64,000 nucleotides of DNA from a virus. Positions 41,163 to 50,536 of this stretch are shown piece after piece; position 1 is the first letter of the stretch; every line of letters begins with the position of its first letter. A program made the position numbers and the translations under genes. The DNA is taken from positions 133,359 through 197,358 of the IMG/VR virus record IMGVR_UViG_3300025237_000001; one strand, given 5' to 3'. Below the pieces are notes generated by a model that saw nothing but the letters and a program-made list of their open reading frames with translations, ran no database searches and was not told where the DNA came from.

Positions 41163-41806
41163 GACCTGATGCTATTGATAGGGCGTTTTATGAGAAATTT
41201 GGTTATAAGTATCTTGGCATGTATGATGGTGTCCCAATTATAGAAGAAATTAATAGAATCCCATCAGCGGTGCAAAACGATAGAAAAGCAAAACAAATAA
41301 AAGAAATGAAAGTTAAAAAACAAGATTTAGAAATGAAGAACTTGGTAGTTATTAAAGCTCCAGATAAATTAACCAATGGTGGTACTACAGTATTTCTTGC
41401 TGGTTCTATTGATATGGGTAAAGCTGTTGATTGGCAAACTCAAATTGAAAATGAACTTAAAGAAAAATTAAGTGGTGATACAATTGTAACACTTTATAAT
41501 CCAAGACGTGATGATTGGGATTCTTCATGGGAACAAACAATAGAGAATGATAATTTTAGAACGCAAGTAGAATGGGAATTAAATGGAATGGAAGTAGCAG
41601 ATAAAATTGTGGTTTTCATTGACCCCAAAGGTAAAGCACCAATTACGTTATTCGAATTGGGGCTACATGCTAGGTCTGGAAAAATATGTGTATGTTGTCC
41701 AGACGGGTTTTACCGAAAAGGTAATGTAGATATCGTTTGTGCCAAATATAATATACCAATGGTAGATAATATTGATGGATTGATTAACTTTATATTAGAT
41801 GGGTAG
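41159..41806 (+). CDS. nucleoside 2-deoxyribosyltransferase-like protein
   Basis: VFLAGSI, NPRRDDW, QVEWE, PITLFELG motifs. Confidence 0.8.
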   Translation: MRPDAIDRAFYEKFGYKYLGMYDGVPIIEEINRIPSAVQNDRKAKQIKEMKVKKQDLEMKNLVVIKAPDKLTNGGTTVFLAGSIDMGKAVDWQTQIENELKEKLSGDTIVTLYNPRRDDWDSSWEQTIENDNFRTQVEWELNGMEVADKIVVFIDPKGKAPITLFELGLHARSGKICVCCPDGFYRKGNVDIVCAKYNIPMVDNIDGLINFILDG

Positions 41807-42281
41807 CTTTTTAAGAAGATTGGACGTTAAAGTGGATATAATTGGGGATTCTATCCACGTCACTAAAAAATGGGTAAACTTAGGATTCTTAGATGGGCTT
41901 AAAGGTCATATCAAACCTAATATCGCTGAATTATATGAATCTGAAGCATCTCGCAATTCATATACAAAAGGTCATAAACCAGCAGCGGTTAAAAATATGG
42001 AAGAAGCTAAAAGGATTAAAGAAAATAAAATCTGGTGGATTTATATGGTAGAATGTGCAGATGGTACAATTTATACTGGAATATCTAATAACGTTTCTAA
42101 GCGCATCTTAACGCATAACTCTGGAAAGGGAGCAAAGTATACTAGAAGTCGCTTACCAGTCACTCTAAAGTGGTCACAAAGCTGTGAGAACAGGTCTGAG
42201 GCTAGTAAAGAAGAGTATAAAATAAAAAAACTCACTAGAAAAGAGAAATTACAGAAAATTGAAGAATATGGAAAACAATGA
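41799..42281 (+). CDS. GIY-YIG nuclease (UPF0213/YhbQ-like)
   Basis: IYMVECADGTIYTGISNNVSKRILTHNSGKGAKYTR. Confidence 0.85.
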   Translation: MGSFLRRLDVKVDIIGDSIHVTKKWVNLGFLDGLKGHIKPNIAELYESEASRNSYTKGHKPAAVKNMEEAKRIKENKIWWIYMVECADGTIYTGISNNVSKRILTHNSGKGAKYTRSRLPVTLKWSQSCENRSEASKEEYKIKKLTRKEKLQKIEEYGKQ

Positions 42282-42459
42282 TATATTATCAGGAAATACT
42301 TATATGTTAACACCTAACCCTATATATTATAAAGTTAATATTGATAAGATAGAAACATTAGAAGATATTAAACTAATATTAAAACATCTTAATTTAAATT
42401 ATACTCCGAAAGACAAAGAAGAATACGAAGAAATTAAACATTTATTAATATTGAATTAA
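42268..42459 (+). CDS. hypothetical protein
   Basis: Short coupled ORF. Confidence 0.45.
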   Translation: MENNDILSGNTYMLTPNPIYYKVNIDKIETLEDIKLILKHLNLNYTPKDKEEYEEIKHLLILN

Positions 42460-43115
42460 GGTCTTGTGGTAGTTCGCCAAATTTTGGTATAATCCCAACC
42501 AGTGTGTTCATGAATGATATCATAATAATCTCCACACATTTTTTTATTGGCAGTTCCCATAAAGAATAAGTTCTTAATCTTATTATCTTTTGCAGCTTTG
42601 GCTAATTCGTGATGCAATCGTTGAGCATCCTTTTTACATTTACAAATAACCATTTCAAATTGGTCTTCTTCATGAATAAGTAATTTGTTATTCACAACGA
42701 CAACTTGTTTAGTTTTCTTTTTATCACCCATACCAACCATAAGTAATTGAATGATATCAATGATGGATTTTCTATCAGTTTGATTATTATAACCATGAAC
42801 CCAGAAAGATTCCTCAATTTCATAAGTGGAGTCATGTAAAACTGTCCAAATCCCAAAGATTGGTTTTTCATAGACATTTTTACCATATCGATTTCTAACT
42901 AACCTAGATTTATCACCTTCTACATAATCCTTAACCACGTATATTTTATAAGTTGCTGGAATGATACCATTGTAGTTGATAAACTCTTTTCTAAAAAAAA
43001 CATTATTCTCCATCTTTATTTTGTTAAAATTAACAAAAGAAGTTGTCTCTTTTTTGGACCTATGAAGGGTTTTCTTATATTCCCCGTTTCTAGTTAGAAT
43101 TACTCGATATAACAT
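42456..43115 (-). CDS. hypothetical late protein
   Basis: 219 aa; TATTTATA motif on minus strand at 43118-43125. Confidence 0.55.
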   Translation of the reverse strand: MLYRVILTRNGEYKKTLHRSKKETTSFVNFNKIKMENNVFFRKEFINYNGIIPATYKIYVVKDYVEGDKSRLVRNRYGKNVYEKPIFGIWTVLHDSTYEIEESFWVHGYNNQTDRKSIIDIIQLLMVGMGDKKKTKQVVVVNNKLLIHEEDQFEMVICKCKKDAQRLHHELAKAAKDNKIKNLFFMGTANKKMCGDYYDIIHEHTGWDYTKIWRTTTRP

Positions 43116-43202
43116 ATTATAAATATAATTTATCTTTAAATATACGAAAAAAATTTGTATATTAAATATAAATTCACTATATTTGCATTATAAAATAAAA
43201 TT

Positions 43203-44243
43203 ATGTCAAAAGACCTATATAAAACATTAGAATTAAGCAAAACTGCGGATGCTACTGAAATTAAGAAAGCATATCGTATGCTGGCTAAGAAATACCATCC
43301 AGATAAGAATCCAGATGATAAAACAGCCGAAGCTAAATTCAAAGAAGTTGCCGAAGCTTATGAAATATTAAGTGACACCACTAAAAGGGCGACCTATGAC
43401 CAAATGGGTTATGAAGCTTCTCAAAGAGGTGGTGGTCGTCATTACGATATGAATGATATGGGTGCTGCATTCAATGCAATGCGAGAGCAACAACAAGCCG
43501 AACAAGTTAAACGTAGATATACTATCCATCAAGTCGTTAAAATATCTATGGAAGATGTTTACGAAGGTGCGATTAAAAAGCTCACTTATAAACGCATTGA
43601 AAAATGTAAGCCATGTAATGGTAAAGGTGGTGAAAACGTAGTAAGGTGTACCACATGTGATGGTAAGGGTATTGAAGTTATAACACAACGTACCAATTTT
43701 GGTATGATGCAAAATAATATATCTTGTAGAGGTTGTGATGGTAGAGGGTTTAAAATTGCTAACGCTTGTGATTCTTGTAAAGGGAAAGGCATTCAAGGGA
43801 AAAATGAAGAAATAGAAGTTGACATCCCACATAGTATCTTACCTCACGAACAAATGCAATATGTTGGTAAAGGTCACTATTACGTTGATGCTCAGGGAGA
43901 AGAATCATTTGGTGACTTAATATTATCATTTCAAGCGGATGAAACCAAGTTTACTATATTAAAAAACTTTGGCTTATTAACTAAAATTGATTTACCATAT
44001 GAAGTTATGGTATTAGGTGGTGAATTTGAATTTACTACAATTGATGGGTCAGTACTTAAAGTAACCGTATCCGAATTAACCGACATTGGTAAGAAATTGA
44101 AGTTAAAGGGTAAGGGGTTGAAACACCGTGGTTATGAGGTCTTAAGAGGTGACCTATATATCATGATTGATTTAAAATTCCCAACTGAAATCACCGCTGA
44201 GGAAAAGGAAATTCTTAAAATGTTAAAAAAAACTAAGGAATAA
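43203..44243 (+). CDS. dnaJ: DnaJ chaperone
   Basis: J-domain with HPD, four CxxCxGxG-type repeats, C-terminal domain. Confidence 0.95.
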   Translation: MSKDLYKTLELSKTADATEIKKAYRMLAKKYHPDKNPDDKTAEAKFKEVAEAYEILSDTTKRATYDQMGYEASQRGGGRHYDMNDMGAAFNAMREQQQAEQVKRRYTIHQVVKISMEDVYEGAIKKLTYKRIEKCKPCNGKGGENVVRCTTCDGKGIEVITQRTNFGMMQNNISCRGCDGRGFKIANACDSCKGKGIQGKNEEIEVDIPHSILPHEQMQYVGKGHYYVDAQGEESFGDLILSFQADETKFTILKNFGLLTKIDLPYEVMVLGGEFEFTTIDGSVLKVTVSELTDIGKKLKLKGKGLKHRGYEVLRGDLYIMIDLKFPTEITAEEKEILKMLKKTKE

Positions 44244-44310
44244 CTTGTTTATTTGTATTTTTTGTAGTTACATTGCATAAATAATAACAAACAAAAAAAA
44301 TACAAATAAT

Positions 44311-44736
44311 ATGGCAAAATGGGGTGAACCTTCGGATGAGACATTCGATGAAATAGAACAAGTACTAATTCAATCTGGATTAGATAATTTAATAAACACA
44401 AAAATCATCGTAAACGATGAGCAAAAGAAAAATGTGATTCTGGTAAAGAAAATTTCAGCGAGCATTTCTTTTGCATTTAATAACGATTTGTTAATAATGG
44501 TGAACGAATCAATTTTTGATGAGTTACCACCTGAACAAAAACGTCTTTGTATTGAAGAAGCATTAAGTGGTACACACCATAACGGTACTAACGTAGTTGT
44601 TGGTACACCTGATATGAATACATACCACGGTTTCTTAGAGAAGCACGGTTATGATAAATTTCTAGTATTGGAAGAATCCATTAAGTCTTTATATGAGACT
44701 CAGAAGAATGATGGTGAAGACCCTAAAGTAGATTAA
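44311..44736 (+). CDS. hypothetical protein (possible degenerate phage metallopeptidase fold)
   Basis: 141 aa between dnaJ and clpP; LCIEEAL occupies the position of an HE motif. Confidence 0.35.
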   Translation: MAKWGEPSDETFDEIEQVLIQSGLDNLINTKIIVNDEQKKNVILVKKISASISFAFNNDLLIMVNESIFDELPPEQKRLCIEEALSGTHHNGTNVVVGTPDMNTYHGFLEKHGYDKFLVLEESIKSLYETQKNDGEDPKVD

Positions 44737-44737
44737 T

Positions 44738-45472
44738 ATGGATATGTATTCACCAATAGACTTCCAAAGTGAATTTAGGAGTTATGCAATGAAGCATATG
44801 GGCGTTACAAGTTCTCAATTTTATTATTGGGACAGAATGCAAACCGAATTATATACCAATCGTATGGTATCATCACCACCGCAAGGTTCGATGACACCTT
44901 ACATTCTTGAAGAAAGAGAATTAAGGGTTACCCAAATGGATATCTTCTCTAGGTTAATGATGGATAGAATTTTATGGTTGGCTGGACCAGTTAACGACTT
45001 AATGAGTACAACGGTTCAAGCACAATTATTATTCTTAGAAAGTCTTGATAGAGATAAAGATATTACGATTTACGTTGATACTCCAGGTGGGAGTGTTAAA
45101 TCTGGACTATCAATGATAGATAATATGATGTTATGTAATGCAGATATCAGAACGGTTAATACTGGGATGGCTGCGTCAATGGGTTCATTATTATTAGGTG
45201 CTGGAACAAAGGGGAAAAGAAGTACACTTCGTTCTAGTAGAGTAATGTTACACCAATTATCTTCTGGATATGACGGTAATCATCAAGACAATAAGATTAG
45301 CTTTCAAGAGAGTGAAAAATATAATATTCAGTTGTTTGAATATTTAGGTGAGTTTTGTGGTAAAGACCCTAAAGAAGTAATGGATAATGCGAGTAGAGAT
45401 TTATGGCTTAATTCAAAAGAAGCTGTTGAATACGGAATCGTAGATGAAATTATAACTAAGAATAATGGGTAA
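44738..45472 (+). CDS. clpP: ATP-dependent Clp protease proteolytic subunit
   Basis: DIFSRLMMDRI, TPGGSV, AASMGS (Ser), RVMLHQ (His), RDLWL (Asp). Confidence 0.95.
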   Translation: MDMYSPIDFQSEFRSYAMKHMGVTSSQFYYWDRMQTELYTNRMVSSPPQGSMTPYILEERELRVTQMDIFSRLMMDRILWLAGPVNDLMSTTVQAQLLFLESLDRDKDITIYVDTPGGSVKSGLSMIDNMMLCNADIRTVNTGMAASMGSLLLGAGTKGKRSTLRSSRVMLHQLSSGYDGNHQDNKISFQESEKYNIQLFEYLGEFCGKDPKEVMDNASRDLWLNSKEAVEYGIVDEIITKNNG

Positions 45473-45538
45473 TGAATATGGATATGGATATAAGGTAATT
45501 GTAGTAAAACGATTAAATTAAATTAAAAAACACTTTTA

Positions 45539-45739
45539 ATGAATAAGATTAAAATAGGTGATGAGGTTTTAGATATAGGTGAAAACTATCAACCAAAGGG
45601 GGTGTTTATTGTCGAAGAAATAAGAAGTGATGGTTGGGTATGGGGAAGTGGTATGACCAAACCATATTATGGTAAAGACAATAAAAAAAAGAATTTCACA
45701 TCAACATTTAATGGTTATATCAAATCATCAAATCATTAG
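45539..45739 (+). CDS. hypothetical protein
   Basis: 66-aa ORF, SH3-like pattern. Confidence 0.45.
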   Translation: MNKIKIGDEVLDIGENYQPKGVFIVEEIRSDGWVWGSGMTKPYYGKDNKKKNFTSTFNGYIKSSNH

Positions 45740-45752
45740 GACATTTTGAAAA

Positions 45753-46106
45753 ATGAATAAGATTCATGTAGTTAATAAAAAAGACCATGCCCCGACTGAT
45801 AAAGATTTTTATGTCGGTAGGGGTTCTGTCTTTGGAAATCCATACACTAGTAAACCCCTTGATAAATCCAAAGCGATTTATCAAGCAGCAAACAAAGAAG
45901 ATGCAATTACTAAATACGCTGAAATGCTAGAGGTTAAGATAGCTTCAAAAGATAAGGTAGTAGTAGAAGGGTTAAATGAAATGTTAGAAACATTGAAGCA
46001 AAGTGATATATATTTAGTATGTTATTGCGCACCCAAAAGATGTCATGGCGATATAATTAAAATTACATTACTTCACGAGGTCTTAAAATATTTAATGCCA
46101 AAATAA
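45753..46106 (+). CDS. DUF4326-like protein
   Basis: YVGRGSVFGNPY..LVCYCAP..CHGD. Confidence 0.75.
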   Translation: MNKIHVVNKKDHAPTDKDFYVGRGSVFGNPYTSKPLDKSKAIYQAANKEDAITKYAEMLEVKIASKDKVVVEGLNEMLETLKQSDIYLVCYCAPKRCHGDIIKITLLHEVLKYLMPK

Positions 46107-46160
46107 TTGGTGTTTTGAAAAAATTGTTATATTTAAAAGTATAAACGTTCTTTAACATAC

Positions 46161-46534
46161 GGGGGTGACTGGAATTGATTGCGGATAGACCGATAATTAC
46201 CAGCATGTAGTGCTAGATTGGAAGCACTTAAATAAATCTATCAGATTTTTAATTGGAAACATTTTTAATGTAGACGAAAATATCTTCGCAAACGCTACTT
46301 GTAGTGTTGCAAGAGAGGTAGCTGTAGCCTAAATTATTGCAATGGTAGTAATCTACCAACTTCTTATTTATCACTATAAGAGTTTAATCTAAAGAAGTGT
46401 TAATCCTACTCAATGACGGGATTCAAGCAAGTTGTTGACGATTTTTTTGTCTTATTTTTTTGTAAGAATAGACTAAACATGTAGACGGATTTTGAAGAAT
46501 TTGTAAGACGGGAGTTCGAATCTCCCCACCTCCA
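46161..46534 (+). ncRNA. ssrA: tmRNA
   Basis: GGGGGTG/CACCTCC-A acceptor with G3.U70, T-arm GGGAG-TTCGAAT-CTCCC, pseudoknot 1 (GTGCT/AGCAC, AGATT/AATCT), tag ORF 46255-46332. Confidence 0.92.
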
Positions 46535-46605
46535 GGCTATCGTATTAACTTACTTGCACGTAGTGATAGCTGCACATTTCAATAGAAATGACTAAAAGTT
46601 AATTA

Positions 46606-46633
46606 AAACCACGATATATATCGTGGTTTTTTT
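46606..46633 (+). terminator. intrinsic terminator
   Basis: AAAACCACGAT-ATAT-ATCGTGGTTTT plus T-run. Confidence 0.8.
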
Positions 46634-46665
46634 GTTTTAATGAGGTATTTATATAAAACGTTATA

Positions 46666-47061
46666 ATGAAAAAACTATCTAAAGGAAATCCAAGTGAATT
46701 TAAGAAAATGCTTAGTGCTGATAAGAGTGATAAATACTCAAGTAAAAGAGTGATTACATTTTTAGCATTCATATTAATATCAATAGCTTTTATAGTTAAT
46801 CTAATTTGGGGTATTACTGTAGACCCAATTATACTTAATGGAATGATTCAAATCGTTTGGGCTGGTCTAGGTATGGTAATGGGTGAGCATATATTAAGAG
46901 GAAGAGGTGGTCCTCGTGACCAACATGGAACTCACAACCAACAAGGTGGTCCTTATAACTCAGATTTCCCTAATGAGCAAAGTGACCCATATGACCAAAG
47001 CGGTCCTTATGATGACCAGCAAGGTGGTCCTTATGAGCAAGGAGAATTTGGCGATAATTAA
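46666..47061 (+). CDS. two-TM late membrane protein (holin candidate) with GGP(Y) repeats
   Basis: YSSKRVITF plus two TM segments; late motif upstream. Confidence 0.45.
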   Translation: MKKLSKGNPSEFKKMLSADKSDKYSSKRVITFLAFILISIAFIVNLIWGITVDPIILNGMIQIVWAGLGMVMGEHILRGRGGPRDQHGTHNQQGGPYNSDFPNEQSDPYDQSGPYDDQQGGPYEQGEFGDN

Positions 47062-47156
47062 CGCTTAGTAATCGTAGGTCTTGAACTTGTTGTTACTTTA
47101 GTTGTAGTTCTTGGAACTATCTTAGGTCTAACGGTTGTTTTTTTACATCCACACAT
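47058..47156 (-). CDS. 32-aa basic Thr/Arg/Lys-rich late peptide (MCGCKK...)
   Basis: MCGCKKTTVRPKIVPRTTTKVTTSSRPTITKR; minus-strand TATTTATA at 47193-47200. Confidence 0.55.
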   Translation of the reverse strand: MCGCKKTTVRPKIVPRTTTKVTTSSRPTITKR

Positions 47157-47265
47157 AATTTATATATTTAATTTTTGTTATTAACTCTTTAATATAAATA
47201 TATGAAAATATCTAAAATAATAAACTCTAACCTTTATTTTTTACTTAAAATCATTATCTTTTAAC

Positions 47266-47463
47266 ATGTTTAAGACAAATATTACATTAGTTAATGAAAA
47301 TTGGGATTTAATCCTACAATATAAATCACGAAATATACCATCCATTGATGAACATATTTACGTAGAATCAAGGTACCACAAGGTAGTAACAGTTATACAT
47401 CTTCCAGACACACCAAATATAACGGTAGTTATAAAAGAATATGAAGGTTTTTCTAAAATTTAA
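47266..47463 (+). CDS. hypothetical protein
   Basis: 65-aa ORF. Confidence 0.45.
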   Translation: MFKTNITLVNENWDLILQYKSRNIPSIDEHIYVESRYHKVVTVIHLPDTPNITVVIKEYEGFSKI

Positions 47464-47560
47464 TAGAAAAGCATTTCCTTTTGTCTAATTTATCGTATTA
47501 TAGTATTGTAGGATGTTAATTTTTTGATTAACCTGTCAAAAAATTTAATGATGTTTTAAA

Positions 47561-47587
47561 GACGTAGCGTAAGTTGCGTCTTTTTTT
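47561..47587 (+). terminator. intrinsic terminator
   Basis: GACGTAGC-GTAA-GTTGCGTC plus T-run. Confidence 0.75.
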
Positions 47588-47630
47588 GGTTTACTAACTA
47601 TTTATAAATAAACAAACAAACAAACGCAAA

Positions 47631-48728
47631 GTGAATAAACTTAATAGATTATATAATGTTGTTTTAAATGAAAACTCTTCAACGGGAATTGATTATGTCA
47701 ATGAAGTTGATTGGGAAGGTGATTTTTCTGATGTTAAATCATCTTGCATATCCCCAAAAGATGTTGTTGAATATTTAAACAAAGTTAGGGCAAATGCTGG
47801 TAAAGCAACCAAGGATAGAGAAAAATTTCCACAAAAACTTCCATACGTACATGCAAAATCAACCAATTTCAAAAAAGATGAGAGTGAAGTTGATATTGAC
47901 CACTTCATTAAAAGTATTACATTAACACCTAATAATGTTGTTAATACCAACGATAAGATTCTTAAGAGTGGTGGACAACACGAATACGTTTATAAAACAG
48001 GTTTACCAGCTTTAAGAGGTTTGGTCTATGATATTCATAATGAAACGTTTCATTATGTGAATACCTGTCCAGGTGCGGGAGCATGTGCAGTTATATGTTA
48101 TGCAAGGGCTGGAAGGTATATTCAATACCCAGCATCTTACGATAGTATGACCAGAAGGTTAAATCTTCTAATGAATTATCCAGATAAATACAGAGACCAG
48201 ATGTATAACGAACTTAAAGCAAAGTGTGAAGAACATGGAGCTAAGGAAGGTTATAAGTCTAAGGTAATATTAAGGTGGAATGATTCAGGTGATTTTTTCA
48301 CCGACAAGTATGTTAAGATTGCTGAAGAAGTAATGAGTACATTACAAAAAGACGGTTATAATATTGATAGTTATGCTTACACTAAAATAGCTAGTGCAAC
48401 AGACTCAGAATTCCAGACTACGTTCTCTGGGGGCGCAAATAAGCGTGAAACTGGTAAGATTGATAAGGTAGGTCAGAAAATGGCTGAAGTAGTACCTAAA
48501 GACTTATTTAAAGGATTAGATTTCATGAAGATTTCTGATGGAGCCGAATTAAAAGATAGAGTAGCTAAACACTTCCAAATAAACCCATCTCAATTATTAG
48601 CTTATGACGAGATGATGCAAACCCCTAAAGGTTCAATTCCAAAATGGTATGTTATCGTAACACCTAATGATGGTGATGATGCAGCATTTAGAAAAGACGT
48701 TAAGGGAATATTACTAACACAACACTAA
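47631..48728 (+). CDS. GP88-like (radical-SAM-like Cys motif) protein
   Basis: TCPGAGACAVICYA and LRWNDSGDF motifs. Confidence 0.65.
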   Translation: MNKLNRLYNVVLNENSSTGIDYVNEVDWEGDFSDVKSSCISPKDVVEYLNKVRANAGKATKDREKFPQKLPYVHAKSTNFKKDESEVDIDHFIKSITLTPNNVVNTNDKILKSGGQHEYVYKTGLPALRGLVYDIHNETFHYVNTCPGAGACAVICYARAGRYIQYPASYDSMTRRLNLLMNYPDKYRDQMYNELKAKCEEHGAKEGYKSKVILRWNDSGDFFTDKYVKIAEEVMSTLQKDGYNIDSYAYTKIASATDSEFQTTFSGGANKRETGKIDKVGQKMAEVVPKDLFKGLDFMKISDGAELKDRVAKHFQINPSQLLAYDEMMQTPKGSIPKWYVIVTPNDGDDAAFRKDVKGILLTQH

Positions 48729-48874
48729 TGCCAAGAAAAGTAAACCCAAAATTTAAAAACATGACCGAAGAAGAACTTGATGAGTGGAAAGAGAAAATGA
48801 GATACTTAGAAGGTGATAACATCAATAAAGACGCTTCCAACCAAATAAATTTAGGTAGGGGTTGGATGTATTAA
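48728..48874 (+). CDS. small hypothetical protein (48 aa)
   Basis: ATG overlaps upstream stop; MPRKVNPKFKNMTEEELDEW... Confidence 0.45.
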   Translation: MPRKVNPKFKNMTEEELDEWKEKMRYLEGDNINKDASNQINLGRGWMY

Positions 48875-49045
48875 CTTTACTTTTTTTTAAAATAAATTAG
48901 GTTATATGAATTATTAATTGTATATTTGCAGTAATAAGGGGTATAAGTTAAGAGTTAAAGCCTAACAGCTCAGGTATTAGTTTGGAAAAGTACTGTAACG
49001 TAATTACAGTCGCTAGGATACTTAAAACATAGGTTACCTTTTTAT

Positions 49046-49121
49046 GGGATTATAGCTCAGGGGTAGAGCGGGGATTTCTAAAGTCTTGTCGTCACGGGTT
49101 CGAAACCTGTTAGTCTCACCA
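49046..49121 (+). tRNA. amber-suppressor tRNA (anticodon CUA) #1
   Basis: Cloverleaf GGGATTA/TAGTCTC, loop TT-CTA-AA, T-loop TTCGAAA, encoded CCA. Confidence 0.85.
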
Positions 49122-49270
49122 TGGGAATAAATAGAGCAAACAAAAGAAAATGTAAAAAAGGTTGTGGTTGCAAGATGTGTAAACCACATAAAGGTAAATG
49201 GGCACCGTTCTTTAAAGCTAAAGATAAAGCGACCATGAATAACATGAATAAACAAATTAAAGAATTATGA
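49121..49270 (+). CDS. 49-aa basic Cys-rich peptide
   Basis: MGINRANKRKCKKGCGCKMCKPHKGKW...; coupled to next ORF by ATGA. Confidence 0.5.
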   Translation: MGINRANKRKCKKGCGCKMCKPHKGKWAPFFKAKDKATMNNMNKQIKEL

Positions 49271-49359
49271 AAAATGAATGTACGTGTAAATTAAATTGCA
49301 CACAAGAAAATTGTCAGTGTACACCACAAGGATGTGCCTGTGAATGCTGTAAAAAGTAA
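49267..49359 (+). CDS. 30-aa metallothionein-like peptide
   Basis: MKNECTCKLNCTQENCQCTPQGCACECCKK; 9 Cys in CxC/CC motifs. Confidence 0.6.
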   Translation: MKNECTCKLNCTQENCQCTPQGCACECCKK

Positions 49360-49453
49360 AAAAAATAAAAATAAATAAGAAAAAGCTTGTTTATTACAAT
49401 ATTTATTATTATATTTGTACCGTAGTATAAATTAAAACTTAAAAAGTAAAATT

Positions 49454-49813
49454 ATGAAAGACACTTAGATTAAAAACGACAGTAAATTAAGAGTAATCAC
49501 AAGACGTGATTTAGCTCTACCTACACAAGCGGTCCAATCAGGACATGCTGGTATTCAGTTTCAACACGAATACCCAGAATTAGCAAAAGATTGGTATCAC
49601 AATTCCAACTATTTAATTTTCCTATCTGTGGAAAATGAAGACGAACTTAAGAAGTTCATCAATAAAGCTAATTCTAACAATATCAAATTATCAATTTTTA
49701 GAGAACCTGACTTAAACAACGAGATAACGGCAATTGCCTTAGAACCTTGTGATTGGTCAAGACGGCACACTAGTGGCTTTCCCTTAATGAGAACGGAGGT
49801 CTGCCATGCGTAA
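49454..49813 (+). CDS. Pth2-like peptidyl-tRNA hydrolase with in-frame TAG at codon 5
   Basis: MKDT*IKNDSKLRVITRRDL..QAVQSGHA..W..SNYLIFL..E..L..FREPD..EITAIAL; own TATATTTG promoter at 49410. Confidence 0.75.
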
Positions 49814-50042
49814 AGATACAATAGTTTTCCATTTCAACAAAGCACATTTAAAAGATGCAACTATACCTATGTGGGTTATCAAACACAAAGGTATGACTCA
49901 CTATGTCCATCATTTTACGAGTGAAGTAGGGTTTTCAACGAAAGAAACCCCAGACAATGAACATACAAAGGGTAGTTTAAAATTTAAGGGTAATTTAACC
50001 TTATATTCAGAAGATAATAAAAACATGGCTTTAATAGAATAA
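49806..50042 (+). CDS. hypothetical phage protein
   Basis: FHFNK..IPMWVIK..STKETPD..HTKGS; coupled to Pth2-like gene. Confidence 0.6.
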   Translation: MRKDTIVFHFNKAHLKDATIPMWVIKHKGMTHYVHHFTSEVGFSTKETPDNEHTKGSLKFKGNLTLYSEDNKNMALIE

Positions 50043-50050
50043 AGCCATAT

Positions 50051-50170
50051 GATGCGGTGGTCCGAGTGGCTAGGTCCTAGACTGTGAAAAGTCTAGAGTG
50101 AATTAAAATGAAATATAAAACTATATGATTTAAGATTCACGTCAGGGAGGTTCGAATCCTTCCCGCATCT
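50051..50170 (+). ncRNA. tRNA-like RNA (Cys-type scaffold) with 8-nt anticodon loop and ~45-nt variable arm
   Basis: GATGCGG/CCGCATC-U73, CTAGAC-TGTGAAAA-GTCTAG, GTGAAT/ATTCAC, GGAGG-TTCGAAT-CCTTC. Confidence 0.7.
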
Positions 50171-50175
50171 CAAAT

Positions 50176-50344
50176 GATTAGGTAACGCTAAGTGGATTTG
50201 CGTACTTGGGATTAATAGATTAAGTAAAGAAAGTTATTGAATAATGTACTAAAAGATAACTAGTAAAGAAAATGATATTAATAACATAGGTGGTATAACG
50301 TGTACAACCGAAAAGGGTTGAAGGTTCGGTTCCTTCCCTAATCA
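50176..50344 (+). ncRNA. tRNA-like RNA with ~100-nt insertion
   Basis: GATTAGG/CCTAATC-A, D-arm ACGC/GCGT, T-arm GAAGG-TTCGGTT-CCTTC. Confidence 0.65.
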
Positions 50345-50349
50345 CAAAA

Positions 50350-50532
50350 GGCGATAGGTCAAAAAGTGGGTAGTAAGTAAACTAGATAGGTTGAAGTAAT
50401 CATGATTACAGATACGGATATTCTAGCATGAAAGCGATATTGATGGAATTAGAATCCCCACCGTAAAGACAAACAGAAGTTATAGATTCTGCGTGTAATA
50501 GGTTTAGCTGGGTTCGAATCCCTCTATCGTCA
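50350..50532 (+). ncRNA. tRNA-like RNA with 9/3 acceptor/T-stem and large insertion
   Basis: GGCGATAGG/TCTATCGTC-A; GGG-TTCGAAT-CCC. Confidence 0.55.
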
Positions 50533-50536
50533 CAAA

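Noticed and set aside
50051-50532. Group I/II introns in tRNAs
   Set aside because: Inserts (45-130 nt) are too short and show no recognisable catalytic core
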